From IMG/VR virus record IMGVR_UViG_3300017589_000277, positions 1 through 44,328 of that record: a stretch of 44,328 nucleotides of DNA; one strand, written 5' to 3'. Of the stretch, positions 9,252 to 19,600 are shown piece after piece (the stretch's first letter is position 1; each line of letters starts with the position of its first letter). The position numbers were made by a program, and so were the translations under genes. The stretch is from a virus (Duplodnaviria > Caudoviricetes). The notes beneath the pieces are model-generated. The model was given only the letters and a program-made list of their open reading frames with translations, was not told the DNA's origin and ran no database searches.

Positions 9252-10177
9252 CCTTCCGTTTTATAAATGAAAGAGCCTTCGAGTTCTCTTTTGCGCGCAA
9301 TGACGTCAGCAGCGCGTTCTTTATATAACTCGTAATACCTGACTGCTTTTGTCGCCATGTTTGCATCGTCCATCCACACATAATGCGCGACAAGCTCCGG
9401 CAAAAGAATTGCGAGATCGTCCGGCAAGTCAATTGCATCATCGTCATCCGTGTCAATTGTTATCTTATTCGGTAGCTGACGATACCATATATTGAATTGT
9501 CCTTTTTCTTTATATGGCAAGAGAACAACACAGTTTTTTTCCACAAAGTAATCTTGATTTATTTTGTACTCTTTTCCTGCGCTGTACTCCCCTTCCTGTA
9601 TGACAACCTTGTCAAGTTCCATAAACACGACATTGTTGTCGCCGTCTTTTGTGAGTTCTTTAATGTCATATCGAACGAACGGAGTATAAGAGGGAATATC
9701 ACTTGATAATGCGCCGAGAAGATAACCATACATCGCGATATTTCGTATGTTAAAGATATAGGTCGTGCCAAAACGTAAACGCACCCTTCCTGTTGCCGTT
9801 ATAAGCCCTCTGTATGCCGCAAAAACGCGTGTGGACGAGAGCGTGATTGTTGATACGATTACCCACGCCCCTTCAACGTAGTTCTCTATATACGCGTAGC
9901 CGGAGCCGTCACATTCAAAGTAATAACTCTTAGGGTCGATTGATTCATAAGTGCTGCAATCTAGGTTTCTGCGCACGTTAAAAAGCCTGTAACTGTCGCA
10001 TAAAAGATTATCAAGCGGATTATGTGTAATAGAGTAAACGCCCATTTTGGGCTGTATATCGTTGACTTCGTAGATAGATCTGTTTGACGCTGAAATAAAA
10101 GCACTTTCGAGATCCGCATCAAGAGCGGACTCAAATCCCAAATCAACCACAGCTTGTTTTAATTCGCTCAGTAACAT
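9242..10177 (-). CDS. Head-tail adaptor / tubular protein A
   Basis: 311 aa, follows capsid gene; helical termini (MLLSELKQAV..., YRQLP...IDLPDD...). Confidence 0.65.
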   Translation of the reverse strand: MLLSELKQAVVDLGFESALDADLESAFISASNRSIYEVNDIQPKMGVYSITHNPLDNLLCDSYRLFNVRRNLDCSTYESIDPKSYYFECDGSGYAYIENYVEGAWVIVSTITLSSTRVFAAYRGLITATGRVRLRFGTTYIFNIRNIAMYGYLLGALSSDIPSYTPFVRYDIKELTKDGDNNVVFMELDKVVIQEGEYSAGKEYKINQDYFVEKNCVVLLPYKEKGQFNIWYRQLPNKITIDTDDDDAIDLPDDLAILLPELVAHYVWMDDANMATKAVRYYELYKERAADVIARKRELEGSFIYKTEGWA

Positions 10178-10194
10178 AATGCCCTCATAGGTCG

Positions 10195-10270
10195 GTTATT
10201 GCGGGATTGCCCGCGCATGATACCGCTTGCCGGATAACCGAAGGATGCAGGAAATTGCTCTCCTGCATTG
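10195..10270 (-). terminator. Multi-hairpin intergenic element after capsid gene (attenuator/mRNA stabiliser)
   Basis: Inverted repeats ATGCAGGA/TCCTGCAT, CGGTTAT/ATAACCG, GCGGG/CCCGC. Confidence 0.45.
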
Positions 10271-10274
10271 CGTG

Positions 10275-11294
10275 TTAGGACAAGGTGGTGCCGCCGGTGA
10301 CGCCGCCCATAATCATGTGGCGCCATTCCGGGAAGCCTGCAGACCAACGCGCTCTTGCCGACAAAATAAGGTTTTCGTCGTCGTCTACGCGCTCTTTCAC
10401 TTTCAAAGGCGTTCTGTCAAAAAACGCATTTCCGGTGGTGGCTTTCAGAGCGCGGCTTGACATCAGTATGTAGGGATTGGCATTGGTGCCGCCCGCCTGC
10501 CAGTACGGATTGACAACCAATTGCCATCTGCCGAACTGCGTGTTGACGTCATTGTTGGCGCTGTTGATCGCGCGCTCGGTGGCAATGACTTTTTTGATGG
10601 TGTCTTCCAAAGCGGGACAGTTGCCGGGAATCATAATGGTATCGAAAAGATACCGCGTTGCATTGCCGGTTTCGTTTGGAATGTTTCTGCCGACATTGGC
10701 AAGTCTGTTGAGCATTACCGTGTCGGAGCCGAAAAGATTGGCGTACAGATTGGAGATGTTGGCGGCGCCGGTCTTTTTGACTTTGTGGGTCGTAGAAAAC
10801 AACGCTTTGCCGTCGCCCGTGGTGCGGTCAAAAGTCTTTCCGTTGTATACGAATGTCGCATCGCCCTCGCTGCATACTGCAAGCGTGGCGAAGTTCACGC
10901 GGGAACTGACATACGCTGTGCCGAACTCCTCAAAGAGAGGTTTCGCTTTTCTCACGGCATACCCTGCGGTCGCGTCCTCTATCATTTCCGCGCTGAGGAC
11001 AATTCTGTTTTTGAATGTTGTGTGCTCGATAGTCTTTGACCACGTTTCGGTGAAAGAATCGTTATCGACCTTGCCGCCTTCCACTGTAGGCTTCATTTGC
11101 GAAAGCCCGGTTTGCCCGGTAAACGCTTCACCGTATCCGTTGCTTGGATTGACGATCATGAACGACTTGAGAAGCTGCTCGTCGTCTGTTTTGTCTCCGG
11201 CGGCATCAATAAGAACCTGCCGAAGCGGGGCGAGAATTTTGCCATAAAGACTGTCTTGTTCGCCCGAAAGTTTTGTAATCATTACACCTGCCAT
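10275..11294 (-). CDS. Major capsid protein (Mu gpT-like, HK97 fold)
   Basis: 339 aa; EMIED, DGKALFSTTH, LVVNPYW, ARARWSAGFPEWR motifs; GGAGG RBS; position after scaffold. Confidence 0.85.
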   Translation of the reverse strand: MAGVMITKLSGEQDSLYGKILAPLRQVLIDAAGDKTDDEQLLKSFMIVNPSNGYGEAFTGQTGLSQMKPTVEGGKVDNDSFTETWSKTIEHTTFKNRIVLSAEMIEDATAGYAVRKAKPLFEEFGTAYVSSRVNFATLAVCSEGDATFVYNGKTFDRTTGDGKALFSTTHKVKKTGAANISNLYANLFGSDTVMLNRLANVGRNIPNETGNATRYLFDTIMIPGNCPALEDTIKKVIATERAINSANNDVNTQFGRWQLVVNPYWQAGGTNANPYILMSSRALKATTGNAFFDRTPLKVKERVDDDENLILSARARWSAGFPEWRHMIMGGVTGGTTLS

Positions 11295-11309
11295 GTTTTT
11301 TGCCTCCTG

Positions 11310-11717
11310 TTAAATAAATCTGACTGTGACGCCGTCGCCGGTATCGTTTCCGCCGTCGAGTTTTGCATCGACAGTTGCAACGCCGCTTGACGTGGTTGCG
11401 GTTACGCGGAGCCCGTCGCTTGCAATGGTGACTTTGTCACCGATATTGATAGAGTCCGGGTCTGCCGAGAATGTGGATTGATAAATGTATTCGGGTAGAA
11501 TCGGATTGACTTCCAAATCTTCGTTTCCCGATGCGGGCGCAACATAGCTTCGCGCGGCGATATACGTCGGCTTAGTCGTTGCTCCGCATTTTGTAAGTGC
11601 TCCGCTCGACAATACAAGTGCTTCACCTGTGGTGTAGGTTTCTGACGCGGTTGTCGGCTTTTTCTCTACGATCGGATACATTTCACCGCCGAGAGATTTT
11701 GCAAAAATGAATCCCAT
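11310..11717 (-). CDS. Capsid decoration/cement protein (short paralogue)
   Basis: 135 aa between scaffold and capsid; GEALVLSSGALTKCG. Confidence 0.7.
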   Translation of the reverse strand: MGFIFAKSLGGEMYPIVEKKPTTASETYTTGEALVLSSGALTKCGATTKPTYIAARSYVAPASGNEDLEVNPILPEYIYQSTFSADPDSINIGDKVTIASDGLRVTATTSSGVATVDAKLDGGNDTGDGVTVRFI

Positions 11718-11731
11718 TTACATGCCTCCTG

Positions 11732-12493
11732 TTAAATGAATCGAACTTCGACTTCCGTGCCTTCCGCACCGGTGCCGAGTTTCTTGTGGATTGTTGCAAC
11801 GCCTGTAGACGCAACGCCTGCGGTTGTAACACTTGTTCCTGCGGTAGTTACGCCTGCGCTTGCACCTTCGCCATCGCCGTCGTCAATAGCAATATTGAGC
11901 GTAGCATCGTCTGCGTCGTAAATAAGCGGGGTAAGGACGATCGTAGCGGCTGAACCGCTTACTGCAAAATTAGCCGTAATGTCTTCGTCTGCGGCAAGAG
12001 CGGTGCGAATTGCCAATGCAATTGCGGCGGCATCGTCTTCAAGCACCACCGGGACATCAATTGCTTTTGACCCATCGTCTAAAAGCGCAGATGTGACCGT
12101 GACAAGAGCGTTTCCTGCGGTTGATACAGTTCCTGCGGCGGTCGCCGTAGTGTACTGGTGCGTTCCTGTGGAGCCTGTAACATACATGCCGGTTGTGTCA
12201 AGCGTGACAACAGCGCCTTCGGGCGTTGCAGTAGCGTTTGCGGCAAATTTGGTACGGTACACAAATTCAGAAAGCACGGGGTGAGAGGGAATGTCTAAAT
12301 TCCCCGAAGAAGGCGCCGTATAGTCGATAGCCGAGATTTCGACAGGCTTAACCGTTTGACCGCATTTTGTAAGTTTGCCGGAAGAAAAAACAAGCGCTTC
12401 TCCTTTGGCATACACTTCTGAAGCAGTCGTAGGTCGCATCTGTAGAATCGGATATTTGTCGTCGCCTAAAGATAGTGCGAATTCAAAAGCCAT
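11732..12493 (-). CDS. Capsid decoration protein (long paralogue with inserted domain)
   Basis: 253 aa; aligns with 11310..11717 at both termini (GEALVFSSGKLTKCG; VRFI*) with a ~115-aa insertion. Confidence 0.7.
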   Translation of the reverse strand: MAFEFALSLGDDKYPILQMRPTTASEVYAKGEALVFSSGKLTKCGQTVKPVEISAIDYTAPSSGNLDIPSHPVLSEFVYRTKFAANATATPEGAVVTLDTTGMYVTGSTGTHQYTTATAAGTVSTAGNALVTVTSALLDDGSKAIDVPVVLEDDAAAIALAIRTALAADEDITANFAVSGSAATIVLTPLIYDADDATLNIAIDDGDGEGASAGVTTAGTSVTTAGVASTGVATIHKKLGTGAEGTEVEVRFI

Positions 12494-12506
12494 GTTGTGC
12501 TCCTTA

Positions 12507-13391
12507 TTAGATTTTTTTGCCCGCGTTGTACTTTTTCACGAGCTCGGTGTTTGTTAGATTTGGGTATGCGGCTTGCCAGTAATCAAAATCACCTTTCGGT
12601 ATGGAAAGCATGGTAGGAGCGACTGAACGCGCGTTTGTGGGGCGTAGATGCTCTTTGCTTTCTGCCATAACCTTTTGCTTGGCGTATGCGTTGACCGCTT
12701 TGTTTCCGCTTCCCTTAATCAAGGCGTAAGCCTCTACGGGATTGAATCCGCCGGTAGCCATGAGGCGCGCAAACTTGTCGAATCCGTCAATCTGTTCAAT
12801 TGAGGCGGCTTTTTCTTCCGGAAACGCTTCTTTTATTGCAGCGAGATTCTGTTGCTTTACGGAAGCATAAGCCTTTACTTTTTCGGTTTCGGCTTTCGAC
12901 GCCTTAAATGCTTCAAACTCCCGCGCTTCTTGCAGCTCCTTGTCGATATCTTCGGGCTTTACGCCTTTGTTTTCGGCGGCAAGACGCTTTAAAGCGGTCT
13001 TGACATCTTCGCCCTCGTGGATCATCTCTTTCAGACCCATTGCGACAAGTTTTTCAAGGTCGGTTTTTTCGTCTCTTATTTTGTCGCGCTGACCGCGGAT
13101 CTCTTTTGTTCTTTTTCCGACAATTTCGTCGACGTCGACTTGCTTGACAATGGGCTCCGGCTCGGGCGGCGGCTCGGCTCCCGGCAGCTCATCGCCAACC
13201 GGGATTTCTTCGGAATCTTCATCGTCTTCATCTTCGGCACTTTTGCCGTCAAGGTTCAAATCATCGTCATCGTCTTCGTCTTCGACTGCGGGAACTATTA
13301 CCGGTTCTGTGGTTTTCTGCGGTTCAACAGGGGGAATTTGTTTGACTACGGGTTCTTCGGTGCCGTATACATCTTTGAGATCAACTGTCAT
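12507..13391 (-). CDS. Capsid scaffolding protein
   Basis: 294 aa, acidic/Pro-rich N-terminus, coiled coil, first large gene of head operon. Confidence 0.7.
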   Translation of the reverse strand: MTVDLKDVYGTEEPVVKQIPPVEPQKTTEPVIVPAVEDEDDDDDLNLDGKSAEDEDDEDSEEIPVGDELPGAEPPPEPEPIVKQVDVDEIVGKRTKEIRGQRDKIRDEKTDLEKLVAMGLKEMIHEGEDVKTALKRLAAENKGVKPEDIDKELQEAREFEAFKASKAETEKVKAYASVKQQNLAAIKEAFPEEKAASIEQIDGFDKFARLMATGGFNPVEAYALIKGSGNKAVNAYAKQKVMAESKEHLRPTNARSVAPTMLSIPKGDFDYWQAAYPNLTNTELVKKYNAGKKI

Positions 13392-13491
13392 GTAATATTC
13401 CTTCGACAGTAGCTAATCTGTCTTTTCGCTAAATATTCCGGAGGCTAGCCCGGTATCGCCATATGGTAGCTTTCAAGGCAAGCTATAAGCC

Positions 13492-13611
13492 TTACTTGGA
13501 GCCTTTGGTTCTCATGTCTTGTCCTTTCTGGGCTTTGACCGTCGAGCCAGAAGCGGAAGAAGCGGGCTTCTTCGTAATCTGAACTGCGTTGTTCGTGAAC
13601 TGGTTTTTCAT
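13492..13611 (-). CDS. Small basic protein (39 aa), not in ORF track
   Basis: AAGGAGGtataagctATG; MKNQFTNNAVQITKKPASSASGSTVKAQKGQDMRTKGSK*. Confidence 0.7.
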   Translation of the reverse strand: MKNQFTNNAVQITKKPASSASGSTVKAQKGQDMRTKGSK

Positions 13612-13646
13612 AGCTTATACCTCCTTTTATAGATTTCTACCTTTAC

Positions 13647-13681
13647 ATCATAGATCAAAAGAATGGGCACTGAGGGGCACT
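13647..13681 (-). promoter_or_regulatory. Late promoter 2 (activator direct repeat plus -10)
   Basis: AGTGCCC twice at 10-bp period followed by TATGAT; same motif as 26487-26524. Confidence 0.7.
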
Positions 13682-13683
13682 CT

Positions 13684-16600
13684 TTACAAGACAATTTTTC
13701 CGTTCTTTACGGTGAATCCGCACGTTTCAGCAAGCAATGTTTTTTCTTCGGTGGAAATTTGCAAACGCGTTATGTATTGAGCTAAAGTTTTCTTATTTGT
13801 CGTGGTGTAGCCATAGGAATACAGTATTATCAGCTTTTGCGCGTCCGGGATTCCTAGCGTGTTGAGGTAGTTCACAATCTTTTCTTTGCGGCTTCCGCTG
13901 ACAGTCTCTCCGTCCGCGTCCTTATCGCTTTCAATACTCTTTATCGTGAAATAAGCATTATAGAATGTTTCGTAATCCACGCCGCCGTTATTAAGCGTAG
14001 CAGCTTTGTCATACACGGCGGTGTTATAATCTTTCAAGGCTCGTTCTGCGCCGTATACAAGGCGTACAGATTCGACATAGCGTATGTCCGGATCAGTGAT
14101 GCTTTCAGTTGCTTCTATCGCTTTAGACACGACAGGAAGGTCTGCAAGCGCGGTTTTATACGCTTGATTAATAAGCGCTTGTATCACTTCGGTTTGGGCG
14201 ATTTTCTCCTTATCTGTCAAATTGCTTGATTGGATGATGCTTTTTTCTTTATAAAGCGTGCTTATGCCGGATTTTGCTTTATTCAAGAATTTAATCTGAA
14301 AAGCGGCTGTCTCGTTTCCGTCTGTTTTTTTGTAGTTCAACTTATCGTAAGTGTCATAGAACTTTGTTGACAGTTTATTCGATGTTACGGGGTTGACAAG
14401 AAAACTGCTGCTAAAAAGATTGTTTTCCGCTTTTGCGGTTGTTGCCGGAAGAATGATGTCACCGATAACGCCGCTGTACTGGTCAAGCAAATAGTTGATT
14501 TTCTTCGGTGAGTAATTCAGCACTTTTCCTAATGCAATGGCAATAGAACTCGTGCTTTCGTCATAACGCTTTGCGGGAGCTGTAGAATCAAACTCCGCGC
14601 CCTCGATAGTGCCGCCATACCACGTCGTATTCGTGGCAACGTCTTTGAACGGAGAAAGTATTGTTCGTGACATCGCGTCTACAGGCGTGATCTGCGTAAG
14701 TGCGTTTTCAACATAGCCTTTCCAGTCGGCTTCTTCGCCTTTTGCAATTTGGCTAGATCGCAATACCAGTCCCGCAAGAAAGCTAGATACGCGCCCTTTG
14801 GGGATTTTGACAAACTTGTCTTCTGCGAGTCCTTCTATGTCAATTTTGAAAAGAAAGTTATTTTCTTTTACATAATCGGTAAGCACCTGATAATCTTCAT
14901 CATCGTCGTACATCAACTGGTTAAGCAGTTGGGGAAGAATTCCGAGTATAAAAGCTTTTGCAATAAGACCGCCTAACTGACGCGCGCTCTTGGCGGCGGT
15001 GATTGTGCGTATCATCTTGCTAAAACCTTGTATGGCGGGGTTAAGGAATGGTATAAGTGTGCTGTTCAGTGAGCGCGTGACTTTACCAGTTCGCGCAAAG
15101 TTTACGGTGACATCAGCGGCGTCAAGAAGTGCTTGGTCAGTTGTGTTGCCCGCTTCAATGGAAGATATGAACTCTGCCAATCTTGGAAGCTGCTCAACGA
15201 ACATGTTCGCGTTTTCCATTGCTTGTAAGCCTTTATTGAGCAATTTGCCTTCCGCTTTTGTGAGACCGAATTTGTTCTGCTCACCAATAAAGCCGCGCTC
15301 AAACTCAAATATGCTTGACTGGATACCGCCCATAGCTTTGTAACGTTGCCACAGGTCGCCGTTGTTCTTTATTTCGCTGATTGCGCGTATGTAGTTTTTC
15401 GGGAAGGATTTTATGTACTTACTGTACATTCCCGCGTCCTGTATGTCTCTTGCGCTGTTGCGAAGCAAGAAAGCCGGGTTTAACGACGTGACAAGCCGCT
15501 TGAATGTGTTGTTTACTTTGCGAAGGGCAGTAACAAGCGGATTGCTTAATTCGGAAGCGGGAGAGAACGCCTCAAAGCCCGCAAAGACTTCTTTCGATAC
15601 TTTCATGGTGATGCGCTCACCGGCGCGGAAGAACGTAATTTCGTTATTCTTTGGCTTGACTTCTGCATAATCGGTATCAGCGATATCAGTGACTTTTTCC
15701 TTGCTAGATACTTCTATCTGCGAGAAGTCGTTCTTTGCGACGGCAGCACTATACAAGGCGTTGGCGAGAGCGTTTACCCTTGCCGCTTTTACCGTTTCAA
15801 TGGTTTGGCGCGCGATCATAATGTCAATCGGCAAAATCGGCTGATTGCCGCCTTTTGCCTTTTTGATTGTCTGCTTTACGGCAAGGTTATATTTGCCGGA
15901 CAGAGACCCGGTCCCGAAAGCCTTTTCCACATCTCGGAATGTTGGTACATAGTTGGGATACATCTTGCGGAGCATATCAGCGGCTTCTTGTGTTACCAGA
16001 CCGCTATCAACGCGAAGCTGCAACAGATTATCTTGGTATTTGTTAAGCTTCTTTGATATCTCCGCAAATTCGGGATTTGATTTCTCATATTCAATAACGG
16101 CGTTTATGCTGTTTTCCGCGGTTACTTCATAGCCGAAAACAGGCTTATCTTGCTCCATGCGGCTGATATTGTGTTTGTGGAGAAGATAAGTAAAAAATGA
16201 CTGCTTGGTTTCAACGCCTGCCTTGTAAATCGGCTTCATGATTTTTTGGAGACCGTCACCGTATTTTTTTGTTCCGTCAAAACTCCATTGGCTTCCGCCT
16301 AGCATCTCTTCTGCGGCGGCTTGCGCGGATCTTGCGGCTTGTACTTTGGCTTCAATGCCTTTAACGCCCAAAGTGCGTCCCAGACGCTCTACGCCTGCTT
16401 GTTGGTTGACAAAGGCAATCTGAAACGCTAAGAATTGATCGCTGACCGCTTCGCGCTTGGTAGGCTTGTATTCTTGCGGTATTTCTGTAAGAACTTGGTC
16501 GGAAAGGGAGTATTTCTCAACATTTTGCGATTTATTTACCGATTCAGTGTTGATTTCAGCCTTTGGATTGGATATACTAGTAGTGCCTTCAATGGCTTGA

Positions 16601-19600
16601 AAAGATGCTTCGCTAACAATGCTTGGGAATTGTCCCCTTGGGTTAACTTGCGGATCATCTTTTTTGTATATTACTGTGTTTTCATTTATTAGTTTTTGTA
16701 TATACGCATTTTTAGGACTAAAAGCTGTTACTATTAAATTTGCTTCTATGTATTTTCCGTTTATTGCACCCGATGTATCAAACTCTATCGCAAAATATAT
16801 ATCACGATTAGAAATTTGATTTTGCCTAGTATCTTTAACGGATATTATCGCGCCAATACGCTGAGGGTTTTTATGAGACAATATGTAAGAAGGTTCTTCC
16901 AATGCCTTAGGAATTTGTTTCATTATTTCAACTCCCAAGTTATGATAATTGCCTTTTAGCTCTCCCTTATCAAACATGCTTAAATATGTCGTATCATAAC
17001 GCATCAATAAAGGTAATTTTTTAAGTCCAGCTTTTTTAACGAATATTTCAGGCGTGTTTCCTGCTGATAAATGGGAATGTTCTTTATTAAAAGTGTCATT
17101 GTACACTTCGTCAATTTGTTGTTCGTATGTCTTTTCATAACTGTATTTTTTTACACTTTCGGTCTTGGAGGAGTTTATATACTCACCCTGCACGAGGTTG
17201 TTATAAACCATCTCAATGTACCGCGCGGAAGTGTATCCCTCTTTGTTCTTCAGTTTTGCGGCAAAGTCAGATATCCACCGTTTTGCCTTCTGAAAGAAGG
17301 TTAAATTTTTATTGACATACTGCCGTAGGAAGTTGCTGTCTCCGAGCTTTTCGCCGAGATAGTCGGCGGTGATTTCGCTTTGAATAATGGAATCGTCAAT
17401 CTTTTTTCCGATCTTCTCATAATGCGCCGTATAAGCGTCTTCTGTGGCTTTCTGCTTCGTTTCGGATACTTCTTTAAGCGCGAGCTTCCTCAGCTTGTCA
17501 TAGCCCTCTACGCCTTCCATATCGTGCGCTAATTCGTGTATGATGGTCTTTCTTACGACATTGGTATTGGGGTTTATAATAATCTGCCGCTTACCGTCTA
17601 CATTACTGTAAATGCCGTTTTTGTTTGTACTGGAAAAAGAGATCCCGACATCGCGGAATGTCATGATATTGCATGCGGCGTTGATCGTGTTTTCTTCCAC
17701 GCCAAACTGATTACCGCTGATAATAGCTTCACAGATACGCCCACGCGTTGCCACGGGAAGCAAATCAAAGTCTTTGACGAACTTCCGCGCCTTGGCATCA
17801 GCCGCGTTGCTCTTTATGCGTTTAATTGATTCCACGATTTGTATGGCGGGCTTCTGCTGCACTTTCGCAGCGGGTTCTGCCTTCGCTTTTGCTTTCTGCT
17901 CGACTTTTGACTTAGTCTCTGTTTTGGGCTTCTTGGCGGCTTTCTGTTTTTCTTGGGCGTTTGTTACAAAGTCTTTCCCCGTAATCGCGGTCAGCACTTC
18001 CGGGAGTTGCGCTTCGGATATAGCTTTAGGCGTACCGCCGAGACCTTCTTTGCCTTTTTCGGCATAGACAAGGTATCCTTCATCGGTGCGCTTGATGCCA
18101 ACTAACACGCCGTTATCTGCGCGGTACAGTTCTGCTTCGCCCTGGTTGAGCGTGACTTTGGATGGGAGCGCCGGAAGCTGCTTGCGCACGGTGCCGGACT
18201 TCTTTCCTTGCTTCGGAGTGACTTCCATTTTGTCGACGGCGGCGAACTGTTCTCGGAAAGACTTCATAGCCTTTTCTGCGTTTTTGCTCATTTTATAGGA
18301 CTGCTTTGCGGCGGCGGTGATCGGGGCTCTTTCTTCCGCTTTTGACTGTTCTTCAGTTTGATTCTGCGCTTCGATTGCAGCGGGGTCGTATTGGCTCATA
18401 GCATGTTGCATATCGTAATAGGTAGCCGTGTTCATGTCGATGCCGAGAGTCTGTCCGAGCTCCTGTTTGGTCGCGTCGTCGACTTCGGATTGCCACTTGG
18501 TATAGTTGGCTTCGCTCTGTGCCATTTTCCCCTGCTTGATCGCTTCGGTATACTGTTCCGTAGGGATAAGCATCTTTCCGACAAAGTCCTGTATAGCCAA
18601 TTTAGTAGCGACATCGTCTTTGTTGGCTTTGATATCGTCGGCGGTGTACTCAAATCCCTGCTGTTGAAGTATGGAGACAAGATCATCTGCGATTTTAACT
18701 ATTCCGGCTTTGCTTGCCTGCACGCCTTTGGACACCTCTATGTAAGCGATTGAGCGCGACATCTCTCCGAGAAGCGCTTTTGACTTTAGACCGTTTTTGT
18801 TCTTAGCGGCGTTGTACTCCGTGTATGACGCTTTGAGCGACTGAAGCACTTCCGGCGTTGCCGTAGCGTCTTCCGCGGTGTCGGCGTACTCTGTCAGCAT
18901 TTTAGCACGTTCCAGAACGACATCCGTCTTTCCTTTGGAAACAATATTGTTTCCGAGGTTTGCAGCTCTGATGCTTGTTGCTGCAGATGTGCCGCCGCTC
19001 ATTAGTGCGCCGGATGCCGCGCCTACGCCCATGCTGTAGAAAATCTCTTGACTTGTAGCGTTTTGAGCGTTTTTGTCGATGCCTAAACCGCGCTGCAAAT
19101 AAGGGTCAATAAATGTGCTTGCGCCTTCTTCAAACGCTTCCCCCGCGGCTTCGGATAGCATTGTTTTTCCGATTGCCGCAAGTGTGAGTTTGGATGCCGC
19201 GGTTTTAGCAAACGGAGAAATTGCCCTTTTTGCGGCTTTACTCGCCGCGCCTGTGACAGCTTCAAGACCGCCTTCAAGCAATCCGCTTGCCGTACCGTAG
19301 GCGAACTCAGACAGCCCTAGTTTGCCTGTTTTCTTGTATGCTTGCGCCGTGGACTTACCTGCCGCACCTACGCCGATAACGCCGCCTGTAATGGCTGCAG
19401 CGGCTGCAGGGGCGAGTGTGCCGCCGGACGCGACTACAAGCGCGCTGACGCCCAATGTCGCCAATAAGCCTACACTGGACTGCCCTAGACCGCTTGCCAC
19501 ATCACCCGCAAACGACATAGCCTTGTTCGGGTTATACTCATCTGTGAGCTCTTGGCTCCAACTGCCGCTTATGTCATTCTCCATGAGGCGTTTAGCATAA

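Noticed and set aside
10477-11247. 256-aa + strand ORF
   Set aside because: Antisense shadow of the capsid gene.
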